Below are positions 43,528-52,760 of a stretch of 64,000 nucleotides of DNA, one piece after another. The translations under genes were made by a program, and so were the position numbers. Origin of the DNA: Candidatus Babelota bacterium (lineage in GTDB: Bacteria > Babelota > Babeliae > Babelales > JAHIUU01); NCBI GenBank assembly GCA_018817025.1, contig JAHIUU010000003.1, forward strand, positions 16,854-80,853, given 5' to 3'. The stretch's first letter is position 1. Each line of letters begins with the position of its first letter. A model generated the notes under the pieces. That model had not been told where the DNA came from, ran no database searches, and saw nothing but the letters and a program-made list of their open reading frames with translations.

Positions 43528-45255
43528 ATGAAAAAGATAATTTTATTTCTATGTAGTTTGTTACTGAGTACGCAGTCTGTTGTTGGTATGGAGCCAAGCC
43601 CTAAGAGGCGTAAAGTAGACACCCGTGTGGTTGATGGTGATGAGCCCGGTAAGCTTCATGAGCTTGACGATGTCATTCCAGGTGTTTTTAACGATGTTAC
43701 CAAAGACGTAATTTTTTCTTATCTGACTCTTTTTGATTTACTTGGGGCTTTGTGCTTGGTAGGCAAAGACATGAGTTTTTTGGTGGATTTTCATATCAAA
43801 GAAAGCTCACATCCGAATTACGATCGACCCTTTCTAATAAAAATAGATAGTTTTATTTATATGCCTTTGCTTCGATTTATGGAAAAAAACAGGCAGGGTC
43901 TTGTTTTATTCGTTACGCCGAGCTGTTCTATTGAAAGCTGGAATTGTTTTGAAGATTTTCTTTCAGTTAACCGATGGGAAGAGAAGTGGCTTCTTGTTGT
44001 TGGCCTAAGGATTGAAGGGGCTGGCGTTGATTGCGATTTGTTGAGTAAGTTTTCGAATCTTAAGGAGCTGCTTATTGCAAACAACCCAAATCTTAATCCA
44101 GAATTGTTAAGAGATATTCTATCAAACTTGCCCAAGCTTCAGAAGTTCAGTTGCCATTCTATTTTAGCAGAAGAGAACGAGCAGAACGAGATGATTGATA
44201 CTATTGTTGAATATGGTGCGAATCTGAAAGATCTAAAACTTGTTGGTTTTGATTGTTTACAAGGAAATTGTTTTCAGAGGCTTGTCAAGGGGTTGGGAAC
44301 GTTGCAGGCATTGCGATTATACCATTGTTGTGGTGATGATGGATCGTTTGAGAATGACTTAAAAAATAGCGCCGAGCATCTTGGAAATATAAAAGAATTA
44401 GTGATCGAGCATCAAGATTTTCCTGCGGGTGCCTTTATCGATATTGCTGGCTCGTTAAAAAATTTAGAAGTATTAGTCGTTATCAATCCAAATCTTTCGA
44501 ACAGAAGGATTACAGGAAACTTTCTGAGAAACGTTAAGAAGCTAGTAAAATTGCGAGTATTGCGTCTTGAGGGTGCGTATGTTGACGGCAAAGACTTTCA
44601 TGCGCTTGGTGATATTGCGGACTGTTCAAAACTGCGAGAATTGGCCTTTGGTCTTTGGGGCATGTGTCTTCAAGATAATAATAGAAAGATGGTTGTGAAA
44701 GCGCTAAAGCAATTTGTGCAAGCTCTTCCCGAGTTGAAAGTATTCGCAATGGCGTTGAGTGGTATCAGTGCTGAAGATCCAATAGATACCCCTTGTGGCT
44801 GTCTTGACGGTGATTGTAATTGTCCGAACTTTTGTTGGAATATGCCGAATGAAGTTGTTGAGCAGATTGTGAATATGAGGGGCTTGGAAAGTGTTTCTTT
44901 CGGTACTACTACTCGTGTGTCTAAAGAGACAATAGAAAAACTAAAAAATCTTAAAAATCTTAAAACTCTTTGGATAAGATTTCCTGCAGAGAGGTTGGTT
45001 GCTAATTTGCTGAAATCACTACCTGAAAACCTTGGTGTCTTAACGGTTGGTCTTCACAATTCAAGATTGTGTTTCTGTGGTTTTAAGAAAAAGTTTAGCA
45101 AGTATTTTCTAACGGGTTTAAAGCAATGTAGGCTTTTTGGTCTTCGTCAAAAATCTTGCTGTTGGCCAAGGCCGGACATTTTCGATCCCCCAACGCCTGG
45201 CAACAATACAGATCCTGTTGTTAATTACCCAGGTCAGGAAGATTCCGATTTTTAA
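43528..45255 (+). CDS. Secreted eukaryote-like F-box / leucine-rich-repeat (FBXL/RNI-type) protein
   Basis: Signal peptide 'MKKIILFLCSLLLSTQSVVG', 'SPKRRKVD', and an F-box-like 'VTKDVIFSYLTLFDLLGALCLVGKDMSFLV'. Repeated ~25-aa LRRs follow ('LKELLIANNPNLNPELLRDILSNLPKLQKF', 'LKDLKLVGFDCLQGNCFQRLVKGLGTLQAL'...). Confidence 0.75.
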   Translation: MKKIILFLCSLLLSTQSVVGMEPSPKRRKVDTRVVDGDEPGKLHELDDVIPGVFNDVTKDVIFSYLTLFDLLGALCLVGKDMSFLVDFHIKESSHPNYDRPFLIKIDSFIYMPLLRFMEKNRQGLVLFVTPSCSIESWNCFEDFLSVNRWEEKWLLVVGLRIEGAGVDCDLLSKFSNLKELLIANNPNLNPELLRDILSNLPKLQKFSCHSILAEENEQNEMIDTIVEYGANLKDLKLVGFDCLQGNCFQRLVKGLGTLQALRLYHCCGDDGSFENDLKNSAEHLGNIKELVIEHQDFPAGAFIDIAGSLKNLEVLVVINPNLSNRRITGNFLRNVKKLVKLRVLRLEGAYVDGKDFHALGDIADCSKLRELAFGLWGMCLQDNNRKMVVKALKQFVQALPELKVFAMALSGISAEDPIDTPCGCLDGDCNCPNFCWNMPNEVVEQIVNMRGLESVSFGTTTRVSKETIEKLKNLKNLKTLWIRFPAERLVANLLKSLPENLGVLTVGLHNSRLCFCGFKKKFSKYFLTGLKQCRLFGLRQKSCCWPRPDIFDPPTPGNNTDPVVNYPGQEDSDF

Positions 45256-46054
45256 CCCAAGCGTCAAGGCCGATTAAATATTGTAGCAGTCCTTCGAGCT
45301 GCGAGAGCCTGACTGAATTTGGTCCGTCGCAAAGAGCTTTCTCTGGGTTGTCATGGACTTCCATAAATATTCCGGCGATCTTTTGGGCGATAGCGGCGCT
45401 TGCAAGGTTCGGTATAAACTCTCGGTCGCCGCTAGACGAACACCCTTGGCCGCTAGGCCTCTGAACTGAGTGGGTGGCATCAAATACTACGGGTTTGCCA
45501 AATTTTTTCATGATCGGGAAATTTCGATAGTCTACGACCAGGTTGTTATACCCGAAGGTGTACCCGCGTTCGCAAAGCCAGATTGATTCGTTGCCGGTGC
45601 TTGTTGCTTTCTCGAGAACTTTGCTCATTGTTTCAGCAGAGACGAACTGGCCCTTTTTAATATTAACGATTTTGTTTGTCTTGCTTGCTGCTATGAGTAG
45701 GTCAGTCTGCCGGCACAAAAATGCTGGGATCTGGATGACGTCGACATGTTCGCTTACGATTTCTGCATGAGCTGGTATGTGAATGTCGGTGACAACCGGA
45801 ACCTCAAGCTCTTTCCTGACTTTACTTAGAATTTTACATCCCTCATCTAAGCCAACCCCACGAAAATTTTGCAGCGATGTTCGATTCGCTTTATCGAATG
45901 AGCTTTTAAATATAAAGGTGAACTTTAATTTTTCAGATAACTTTTTTAGATGTTCAGCGATTGTAAGTGTGTGTTGTTCGTTTTCGATGACACACGGTCC
46001 GAGAATAAAAAAAAGTGGAGAATTATTGTTTTGAAGACTCTTCAGGTTCGTCAT
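45221..46054 (-). CDS. kdsA: 2-dehydro-3-deoxyphosphooctonate (KDO-8-P) aldolase
   Basis: 'FFILGPCVIE', 'FKSSFDKANRTS', 'VVTDIH', 'IQIPAFLCRQTDL' and 'VVFDATHSVQ'. Confidence 0.9.
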   Translation of the reverse strand: MTNLKSLQNNNSPLFFILGPCVIENEQHTLTIAEHLKKLSEKLKFTFIFKSSFDKANRTSLQNFRGVGLDEGCKILSKVRKELEVPVVTDIHIPAHAEIVSEHVDVIQIPAFLCRQTDLLIAASKTNKIVNIKKGQFVSAETMSKVLEKATSTGNESIWLCERGYTFGYNNLVVDYRNFPIMKKFGKPVVFDATHSVQRPSGQGCSSSGDREFIPNLASAAIAQKIAGIFMEVHDNPEKALCDGPNSVRLSQLEGLLQYLIGLDAWVKNRNLPDLGN

Positions 46055-46535
46055 GGTTGGCTCCTTCTTCCTGGTCGGTTAGTTGTAGCTGTTTCGAGGC
46101 TTCATCGAGTATACCATTGACGAATTTATACGCATCTTTTTCGGCAAAATTTTTTGCGAGTTCTATTGCTTCATTAATGACGATGCTTGGGATTGCTTCG
46201 GGTTGCCGGAGTTCCCAGAGTGCGAGCCTAAGGATGAGGCGAGTGCAGCAGCCAAGTCGCTCGAGTTTCCAGTTGCGGAGCAGTGGTTTTATTTGTCTAT
46301 CGAGTTCTTCGCGCATCTCGGTAGCGCCGCGAGCCATCGTTACGGCGAGCGAGTCTTCCGTGATGTCGATACGAAAGCCTTTTCGGAAATTTTCGATAAT
46401 TGTATCGAGTAAAACCGTGTAGTCATGGCGATCAATTGCATAGAGAAAATGGAACGCAAGTGCTCGCATATCACGCCGAGATGCGGGTGTAATAATATTT
46501 GCGGGCGGCTCAAAATCGTTTTTTATTTGTTTCAT
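46023..46535 (-). CDS. nusB: Transcription antitermination factor NusB
   Basis: 'RRDMRALAFHFLYAID' and 'VINEAIELAKNFAEKDAYKFVNGILD'. It has an acidic C-terminal tail that overlaps the kdsA start by 32 nt. Confidence 0.85.
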   Translation of the reverse strand: MKQIKNDFEPPANIITPASRRDMRALAFHFLYAIDRHDYTVLLDTIIENFRKGFRIDITEDSLAVTMARGATEMREELDRQIKPLLRNWKLERLGCCTRLILRLALWELRQPEAIPSIVINEAIELAKNFAEKDAYKFVNGILDEASKQLQLTDQEEGANHDEPEESSKQ

Positions 46536-46610
46536 CGGCAGGCGCTCTCAGGCAACAGGTGGTTATACATCGACCAATCAGTGCTCTTACTCTCCCACCT
46601 TTTCCTAGTA

Positions 46611-47174
46611 TTATACTTCGGCACGTTCAATATATTTGTTGTCTCGTGTGTCGACCTTGATTGAATCACTTTCGTTAACAAAAAGAGGAACTTGGATGGT
46701 CAGGCCGGTTTCGAGAGTTGCCGGTTTACTGCCTCCTTGTGCCGTATCGCCTTTTACTCCGGGGACCGTCTGGGTAACTTTCAGAATCATGAACATTGGG
46801 GGTTCGACGGTTATCGGTTTGCCCTGGAAGTTGACAATGTTGTAAATTATTTCTTCTTTGAGATAGTTTTTGACTTGTTCGATTTGCTGAGGATTGAATG
46901 ACACCTGCTCATAGCTTTCTTGGTCCATGAAGTGGTACATGTCATCTGCGTATAGATACTGCATTTTTTTATATTCGAGGTCAGGTTCTGGAAATTTTTC
47001 ACCTGATCGGAAGGTTTCCTCGAGAACTCGACCGGTGATGAGATTTTTGAGTTTGGTTCGAACGAACGCGCCGCCCTTTCCTGGCTTAACGTGTTGGAAG
47101 GAGACGACCAGCCAGGGTTCGTTATTCCAAAGGATTTTTGTAGAGCTGCGTCTAAAATCGGACGTGGAAATCAC
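46611..47174 (-). CDS. efp: Elongation factor P
   Basis: 'ISTSDFRRSSTKILWNNEPWLVVSFQHVKPGKGGAFVRTKLKNLITG'. It is 187 aa. Confidence 0.95.
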   Translation of the reverse strand: MISTSDFRRSSTKILWNNEPWLVVSFQHVKPGKGGAFVRTKLKNLITGRVLEETFRSGEKFPEPDLEYKKMQYLYADDMYHFMDQESYEQVSFNPQQIEQVKNYLKEEIIYNIVNFQGKPITVEPPMFMILKVTQTVPGVKGDTAQGGSKPATLETGLTIQVPLFVNESDSIKVDTRDNKYIERAEV

Positions 47175-47258
47175 GGTTGTTTTCCTTTCAAATTTACCAT
47201 TACCAACCTCTTGAGCACTAATATTATGAAAAAGGGAAGAAATTGCAATTTTTTTGAG

Positions 47259-47291
47259 AAAAGGGCCTTTTTGCTATAAAAGGCCCTTTTT
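47259..47291 (-). terminator. Hairpin with A/T tracts (bidirectional-terminator-like) between the 240-aa gene and efp
   Basis: AAAAGGGCC (47259-47267) pairs with GGCCCTTTT (47282-47290). Confidence 0.5.
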
Positions 47292-47314
47292 GTCCGAGTC
47301 TGATAGAAGAACGG

Positions 47315-48037
47315 CTATAATTTGTTGATCAGTCGTTGTATTTCTTCTGAGAATCGCTTGATTTGTTTTGCATGGTACTCGATTGTATCGTGTGCGTTCT
47401 TGAGAGTTTCTGTTGATGCTTCCCGCGTGAGCTGGTCGATTGTGGCTCTCATTGCTGCTAGGTTGGCTTGCTGACTCTGGGTGATACTAACAACATCAAG
47501 AAGCATCCTCTTCTTGGATTTTTCTGCTGCATCAATTCTATTGGCAAGCAGATCCAGTTTGAGATTAAGAATGTTCATCTGATGATCGTAGTCGATAATA
47601 GAACGAGTTATTTCATAATCGGAGGAAGGGAGTTTTGCGACGACCAACTGTAAGTTGTCAATTGATCGGTCAAGTTCGTCGAGCGTCTTATCATAACTTC
47701 TGATTGCTGTCTCGGCCTGTTCTTTTTCTGTTTTTAGGGGATCTTTTTTAGGGCGGGATGATCGGGTTGAGGCGATTGTGAACCACAAGCTAGGTCCCAA
47801 CAACCCATACGGATAGCCGTACCATCCGTCTCGGCGATACCCACGATAACTGCGGTGCCCCATGTGGCCGCGATAACTGCCACGGCCACCATGGCCGCGA
47901 CGGGCAACTCTTACTACTGGTCCCCTTGATCTGGAGCGCCCGCCTATTTCTTGTGTTGTGCGTGCATCGAGATAGGTTCCGAAGAACATGAAGCAGAGCA
48001 GTAAGCCTCCTAAAATTTGTTTTATTTTTATATTCAC
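47315..48037 (-). CDS. Hypothetical secreted protein with an R/G/H/Y-rich segment and a coiled coil
   Basis: It has a signal peptide. 'RSRSRGPVVRVARRGHGGRGSYRGHMGHRSYRGYRRDGWYGYPYG' is followed by ~130 aa of coiled coil. Confidence 0.6.
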   Translation of the reverse strand: MNIKIKQILGGLLLCFMFFGTYLDARTTQEIGGRSRSRGPVVRVARRGHGGRGSYRGHMGHRSYRGYRRDGWYGYPYGLLGPSLWFTIASTRSSRPKKDPLKTEKEQAETAIRSYDKTLDELDRSIDNLQLVVAKLPSSDYEITRSIIDYDHQMNILNLKLDLLANRIDAAEKSKKRMLLDVVSITQSQQANLAAMRATIDQLTREASTETLKNAHDTIEYHAKQIKRFSEEIQRLINKL

Positions 48038-48045
48038 GAGCCCCC

Positions 48046-48477
48046 CTATTTTTTTATGATGACAACCCCAAGCGCGAGCAATCCTATAAATAGCAACACA
48101 ATCGCTAGTATTAGCATATTGATCGTTCTTTGTGATCGTTGCATCATATGAAACTGTTGCTGCACCATCTGTTCACGTTGTTGAGATTCCATCTTTTGTT
48201 TTATATCGAAAAGTTTTTCTTGTTGTTGCTCTCGCCTCAGCAGCTCTGTTTCTTGTTGAGCTTTCTGTGCCACTTGTTCTGCTTGTCGAGCCTTGCTTTT
48301 TCCTGATCCTGCAATTGCGGTTCCTAGCATCATGCCTCCTGCGAGGCCAGCAACAGCGCCTACCGCGGCATCGCCTCCCCTGTGGTGGTGGCCATAGTGT
48401 CGGCGGTAACCAAAGACGTTTACGCATGGCATAACTAGTGTTGCTGTCGTTATCAAGCTTATGATTAATTTTCTCAT
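48046..48477 (-). CDS. Hypothetical tail-anchored membrane protein (143 aa)
   Basis: Signal-like N-terminus, 'GYRRHYGHHHRGG', Gly-zipper 'AAVGAVAGLAGGMMLGTAIAG', a Q-rich coil, and C-terminal TM 'LILAIVLLFIGLLALGVVII'. Confidence 0.55.
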   Translation of the reverse strand: MRKLIISLITTATLVMPCVNVFGYRRHYGHHHRGGDAAVGAVAGLAGGMMLGTAIAGSGKSKARQAEQVAQKAQQETELLRREQQQEKLFDIKQKMESQQREQMVQQQFHMMQRSQRTINMLILAIVLLFIGLLALGVVIIKK

Positions 48478-48588
48478 GACCTAATCCTCCTCATTGTAGA
48501 CTCTCTATGGTACAGTGATACACAAGTTTTCTTACTATTTAGTGTGCCTAGATATAGTCTTGATTGTCAATAGGTCGGAGTTTTTATT

Positions 48589-49806
48589 ATGAAAAGTTTT
48601 ATATCTGAATTGATTGCGCGTGAGTTTGCGCGTCAGGAATCGACGATAAGCTTGATTGCGTCAGAGAATTATGCGAGTAACTCTGTTTTGCGTGCGACAG
48701 GGTCTGTTCTGACGAACAAGTATGCCGAAGGGTATCCTGGCCGTCGGTATTATGGGGGGTGTGAGGTTGTTGATCAGGTTGAAATTTGTGCGATGGATAC
48801 GGGCAAAAGGCTTTTTGAGACCGACCATATGAATGTACAGCCTCACTCTGGGTCGACGGCGAATATGGTGGTTTATTTTAGCCAGCTAAATCCAGGGGAT
48901 ACGGTTTTGGGCATGAGTCTGCAAGCCGGGGGGCATTTAACGCATGGGCATAAGCTCAACTTTTCGGGTAAGCTGTTTAATTTTGTTTCTTATAGTGTCA
49001 GCCCCGAGGACGAGTTAATCGATTATGATGAGATTGATCTTTTGGCTGCTCAGCATAAGCCAAAGATGATTGTGGCCGGAACCTCTGCGTACTCTCGCAT
49101 TGTTGATTACGAAAAATTTCATGAGATTGCCAAGCGGCATAGGGCCCTTTTGTTTGTTGACATGGCCCATGTGGCCGGTTTGATTGCCGCACGGGTTCAC
49201 CCTAGTCCTATGCCGTTCGCAGACATTGTCAGTTCGACAACGCACAAAACACTTCGTGGTCCTCGAGGTGGGTTTATTTGTTGCAAAGGCGAGTTTGCAA
49301 AATCGATTGATCGGGCGGTTATGCCAGGTTGCCAGGGAGGGCCACTGATGCATGTGATTGCGGCCAAGGGGGTTGCATTTGAAGAGGCGCTCAGGCCTGA
49401 ATTCAAGACGTATCAGGAACAGGTTTTAAAGAACGCCAAGATTATGTCGAAAATGTTTGTAGATCTAGGCTATAGAGTTGTCTCCGGCGGGACCGATACC
49501 CATCTATTTTTACTAGACACAAAACAGAGTCATGGGCTTACCGGTGATATTATTGAGCGTGCTTTGGGTTTGTGCAATATTATCGTGAACAGAAACTCGA
49601 TCCCATTCGATACCGAGTCGCCTCTCGTAACAAGCGGTATTCGTATTGGAACACCTGCTATTACGACGAGAGGATTTGGCGAGCGCGAGGTTGTTCAGCT
49701 GGTTCATTGGATTGATGAAGCGATAAAAAAGCGTGACGATGATAAGTTTTTGGCGGCGTTACGGGAACAGGTTGTGGGGCTTTGTAAATTGGTTCACGTT
49801 TATTGA
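48589..49806 (+). CDS. glyA: Serine hydroxymethyltransferase
   Basis: 'LIASENYAS..VL.A.GSVLTNKYAEGYPGRRYYGGCEVVD' and the PLP-Lys region 'SSTTHKTLRGPRGG'. Confidence 0.95.
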   Translation: MKSFISELIAREFARQESTISLIASENYASNSVLRATGSVLTNKYAEGYPGRRYYGGCEVVDQVEICAMDTGKRLFETDHMNVQPHSGSTANMVVYFSQLNPGDTVLGMSLQAGGHLTHGHKLNFSGKLFNFVSYSVSPEDELIDYDEIDLLAAQHKPKMIVAGTSAYSRIVDYEKFHEIAKRHRALLFVDMAHVAGLIAARVHPSPMPFADIVSSTTHKTLRGPRGGFICCKGEFAKSIDRAVMPGCQGGPLMHVIAAKGVAFEEALRPEFKTYQEQVLKNAKIMSKMFVDLGYRVVSGGTDTHLFLLDTKQSHGLTGDIIERALGLCNIIVNRNSIPFDTESPLVTSGIRIGTPAITTRGFGEREVVQLVHWIDEAIKKRDDDKFLAALREQVVGLCKLVHVY

Positions 49807-49955
49807 GTCTTGGGCCCACAGCGGCGCCAACGTGGGGTGTTGGTTTGGCTTGGTGTGGGCTAATAGCAAAGCCTGCGCATAATGCGCTTCGGTTTTGTGG
49901 CTGCTCTAGATGAGCAGGAGCGGGGATGTCAGAGGTTCCAGAACGGGCCGACTGC

Positions 49956-50930
49956 CTACTTTTCCTTCGGTAGCAGCCGTACGTAATCATCGGCAAGGTT
50001 TTTGGCGATCTCGATCATTTTAGCTCGTTGGCTGGGGTTGAACTCTGGGCCAAAAAAATCGATTGCTTTCCTGCTGCTAAGAATCTCGCTTTGTTCCTGT
50101 TCATTTTCTTCGAGTTGTCTCAGTATAGAACCCGCACGTTTACGTGCCGTGTTTGATTTTTTTATTTTTTCCCGTTTTGAACAACCACATCCACCATAGT
50201 TGAGCTGCTCGGGAGCGAGAGACGCTGTTCGGAAGTGAGTATTCATTTCTTGCTGGCCAAGCCATCCGAGACCAAGGTTGTTGGCATCTTTTGCGAGGTT
50301 TCCGTGTGTTGTCATGAATGACGTTGTTCTCCAGTGACGTTTTTGCCCAATAATACAGTATTTGAGGAGCATGATTTTTTTTGTAGCGTCATCACGGTTT
50401 TCTTCATTATCTATTTTACGCAAGAAACGGATAAGTTTTTGGTTTGACAGTATAGTCTCAAGTTCTTCTGTTTCAGGAGGAGAGTCTCCTGTCTTCAAAA
50501 TATTTTTTATTTCTTTTATCAAAAGTAGGTCTTGCTCAGTGAGGCCATACTGTTCTAGGACGTTCGGTTGTTCGGGGGTATCTGGTTTACCTGTAACATT
50601 GGGTTGCGTTGCCCATTTATAGCCGCATAAAACAGTCCCTGCGGCGCCGGCTCCACCAATAGCTCCAAATATCCAGGCCAGCGTCTTGTATGTTTTTATT
50701 TGGGCGATAATTTTATGGGTTTCCTCTTTTGTTAGCAGTTCTATGAGATCAAGTTTTGTTTCAAGCTCTTTTATTTTCCAAACGCTATAGGCACAGCAAC
50801 TTGCTCCGGTTAGAGCGCTTACGAGTGTTGCGGTTCCCCAGTAGGTATTGCTTTTGGCAAATGACATGGGTGCAAGAGTGATTGACAACAGAATAGTTAT
50901 GACGATTTTTTTAACCAACTCTCTAACCAT
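49956..50930 (-). CDS. Hypothetical membrane protein (325 aa)
   Basis: An SD sequence (GGGGAGAG) precedes the ATG at 50930. It has a leader plus two Gly/Ala-rich hydrophobic segments ('ATLVSALTGASCCAYSVW', 'LAWIFGAIGGAGAAGTVLCGY'), then a charged domain of unknown fold. Confidence 0.55.
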   Translation of the reverse strand: MVRELVKKIVITILLSITLAPMSFAKSNTYWGTATLVSALTGASCCAYSVWKIKELETKLDLIELLTKEETHKIIAQIKTYKTLAWIFGAIGGAGAAGTVLCGYKWATQPNVTGKPDTPEQPNVLEQYGLTEQDLLLIKEIKNILKTGDSPPETEELETILSNQKLIRFLRKIDNEENRDDATKKIMLLKYCIIGQKRHWRTTSFMTTHGNLAKDANNLGLGWLGQQEMNTHFRTASLAPEQLNYGGCGCSKREKIKKSNTARKRAGSILRQLEENEQEQSEILSSRKAIDFFGPEFNPSQRAKMIEIAKNLADDYVRLLPKEK

Positions 50931-51053
50931 TTTTCTTCTCTCCCCAAGAAATAACGGACCTATCGAACTCTGCATATTTATAGTATTCTAGTAGTCTCTT
51001 TAGGCTACTGTGTTTTTTCGTGCGAAGTCTAACAACTAAAATAAACGTGAGAT

Positions 51054-52760
51054 ATGTCTGATCTACAAAGAATTTTATCCTATACAAAAAAATATTGGTC
51101 CCGGTTCGCAATCTCGGTTTCTACGGCGACGCTTTACGGAATCTTTTCTGCGGCGCCAACCTATGCGCTAAAACATGTAATCGATAAGATTTTTGTTGGT
51201 GGTCTTGACTATCTTATTATCCCCTTTATTTTTTGTTTTATTTTTCTCTACGCCCTTAAGGGCATTTTTGCCTATTTATCGATGTACTACATGAACTGGG
51301 TTGGCAATCGAGTGGTGAACGACCTTCGTATTGATCTGTTTAGTAGAATAGTTTATTTCCCACTTTCTTTTTTTAAGAAAAAAACGACAGGTGAGTTGAT
51401 GGCGCATTTTTTGAATGATATTACAATGATTCAAAATGCCGCTTCGGTTGCTGTAAAGAACGGGGTGAGAAGTTTTTTTGAGGCGATTTTTTTGTTGGGC
51501 GTTGCGCTGTTTCAGAGTTGGCAGCTTTCGATGCTGTCGTTATTGGTTGCGCCATTTATTGTTTTTAGCATTCGGCAAATGGGTCGAGCTGTAAAAAAAG
51601 CTTCTGGTTCGATTCAGCATGAGATGGGGGTAATAAGCTCTGGGTTGCAAGAAACGTTTGTTGGTATTCGTGAGGTAAAAATTTTCAATGGAGAGGGCGT
51701 AGAGAAAGATCGTTTGGAAAAAAATCTTCGACGCTACTTTTCTTCGGTATTGCGCAATGTGAAAGTATTGGCGTTTGCTCCGGCGTTTATTGAGACGATT
51801 GCAACGACAGGCAGCGGATTTGTGTTTTATGTTGCGGCACGACAGGTTTTAGCTGGCGTGATTACTCCTGGGCAGTTGACTTCGTTTTTTGCGGCAAGTC
51901 TATTGGCGTATCAACCAATCAAGCGATTGATTAATACGTATGCAGAAGTTCAGTATGGTTTGGCTTCTGCAAGTCGTGTGTTCTCTGTCATGGACATGAC
52001 CTATCCTGCGCTTGCCGATCGTACGATTCAGATCGTTTCGTTTCGCGATTCAATAGTGTTTGACAATATGTCGTTCGGGTATGATTCGAATGAGCTTGTT
52101 CTTGAGGATGTCAACCTGACGATCAAGCGGGGCGAACGGATTGGCTTGCTTGGTCCGTCTGGCTCGGGCAAGAGTACTATTTGTGACTTGTTATTGGGTT
52201 TTTTAACGCCTGTGTCGGGGCATGTTTATATCGATGGCCATGATAGCATGAAAATTTCGTTGCAATCATTACGGTCACTGATTGGTAATGTTAGTCAGCA
52301 GACGTTTTTATTTAACGACACTATTAAAAAAAATGTGCAGTATGCATCAGGAGATACAAGCGAAGAGCAGGTTGTTGAGGCTTGCAAACGGGCGCATGCC
52401 CATGAATTTATCGAGCAGTGCTCTAACAAATATCATACGTTGGTTGGTGAGAACGGTACGTTATTGTCGGGCGGACAAAAACAGCGATTAACGATCGCTC
52501 GGGCGTTGTTGAAAGATCCTGATATTTTGATTTTTGATGAAGCTACCTCGGCGCTCGATCAGCAGTCGGAAGAGATGATTAGGTTGGCGATTGAGGAGAT
52601 TAGTAAAAACAAGACGGTTATTATTGTATCTCATAGAGTTTCTTTGATTGAAAAGATGGATAGAGTTTTTGAGATTCAGGATCGTCAGTTAGTGGAGAGG
52701 AGAATTGGGGATGGTGGTGAACGGTGCGCCAAAAATATCGGTGGTTCTTCCTACTTATAA
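51054..52760 (+). CDS. msbA: ABC exporter, fused permease-ATPase, MsbA-like (lipid A/LPS flippase candidate)
   Basis: A six-TM ABC_membrane domain. Walker A 'GPSGSGKST', 'LSGGQKQRLTIARALL' and 'ILIFDEATSALD'. It is adjacent to the glycan cluster. Confidence 0.75.
   Translation: MSDLQRILSYTKKYWSRFAISVSTATLYGIFSAAPTYALKHVIDKIFVGGLDYLIIPFIFCFIFLYALKGIFAYLSMYYMNWVGNRVVNDLRIDLFSRIVYFPLSFFKKKTTGELMAHFLNDITMIQNAASVAVKNGVRSFFEAIFLLGVALFQSWQLSMLSLLVAPFIVFSIRQMGRAVKKASGSIQHEMGVISSGLQETFVGIREVKIFNGEGVEKDRLEKNLRRYFSSVLRNVKVLAFAPAFIETIATTGSGFVFYVAARQVLAGVITPGQLTSFFAASLLAYQPIKRLINTYAEVQYGLASASRVFSVMDMTYPALADRTIQIVSFRDSIVFDNMSFGYDSNELVLEDVNLTIKRGERIGLLGPSGSGKSTICDLLLGFLTPVSGHVYIDGHDSMKISLQSLRSLIGNVSQQTFLFNDTIKKNVQYASGDTSEEQVVEACKRAHAHEFIEQCSNKYHTLVGENGTLLSGGQKQRLTIARALLKDPDILIFDEATSALDQQSEEMIRLAIEEISKNKTVIIVSHRVSLIEKMDRVFEIQDRQLVERRIGDGGERCAKNIGGSSYL

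Noticed and set aside
49661-49996. A 111-aa minus-strand ORF spans the GC-rich glyA-downstream spacer.
   Set aside because: It overlaps the 3' end of glyA and of the neighbouring gene, is Pro/Arg/Ala-rich as expected for a random frame through GC-rich DNA, and has no start context.
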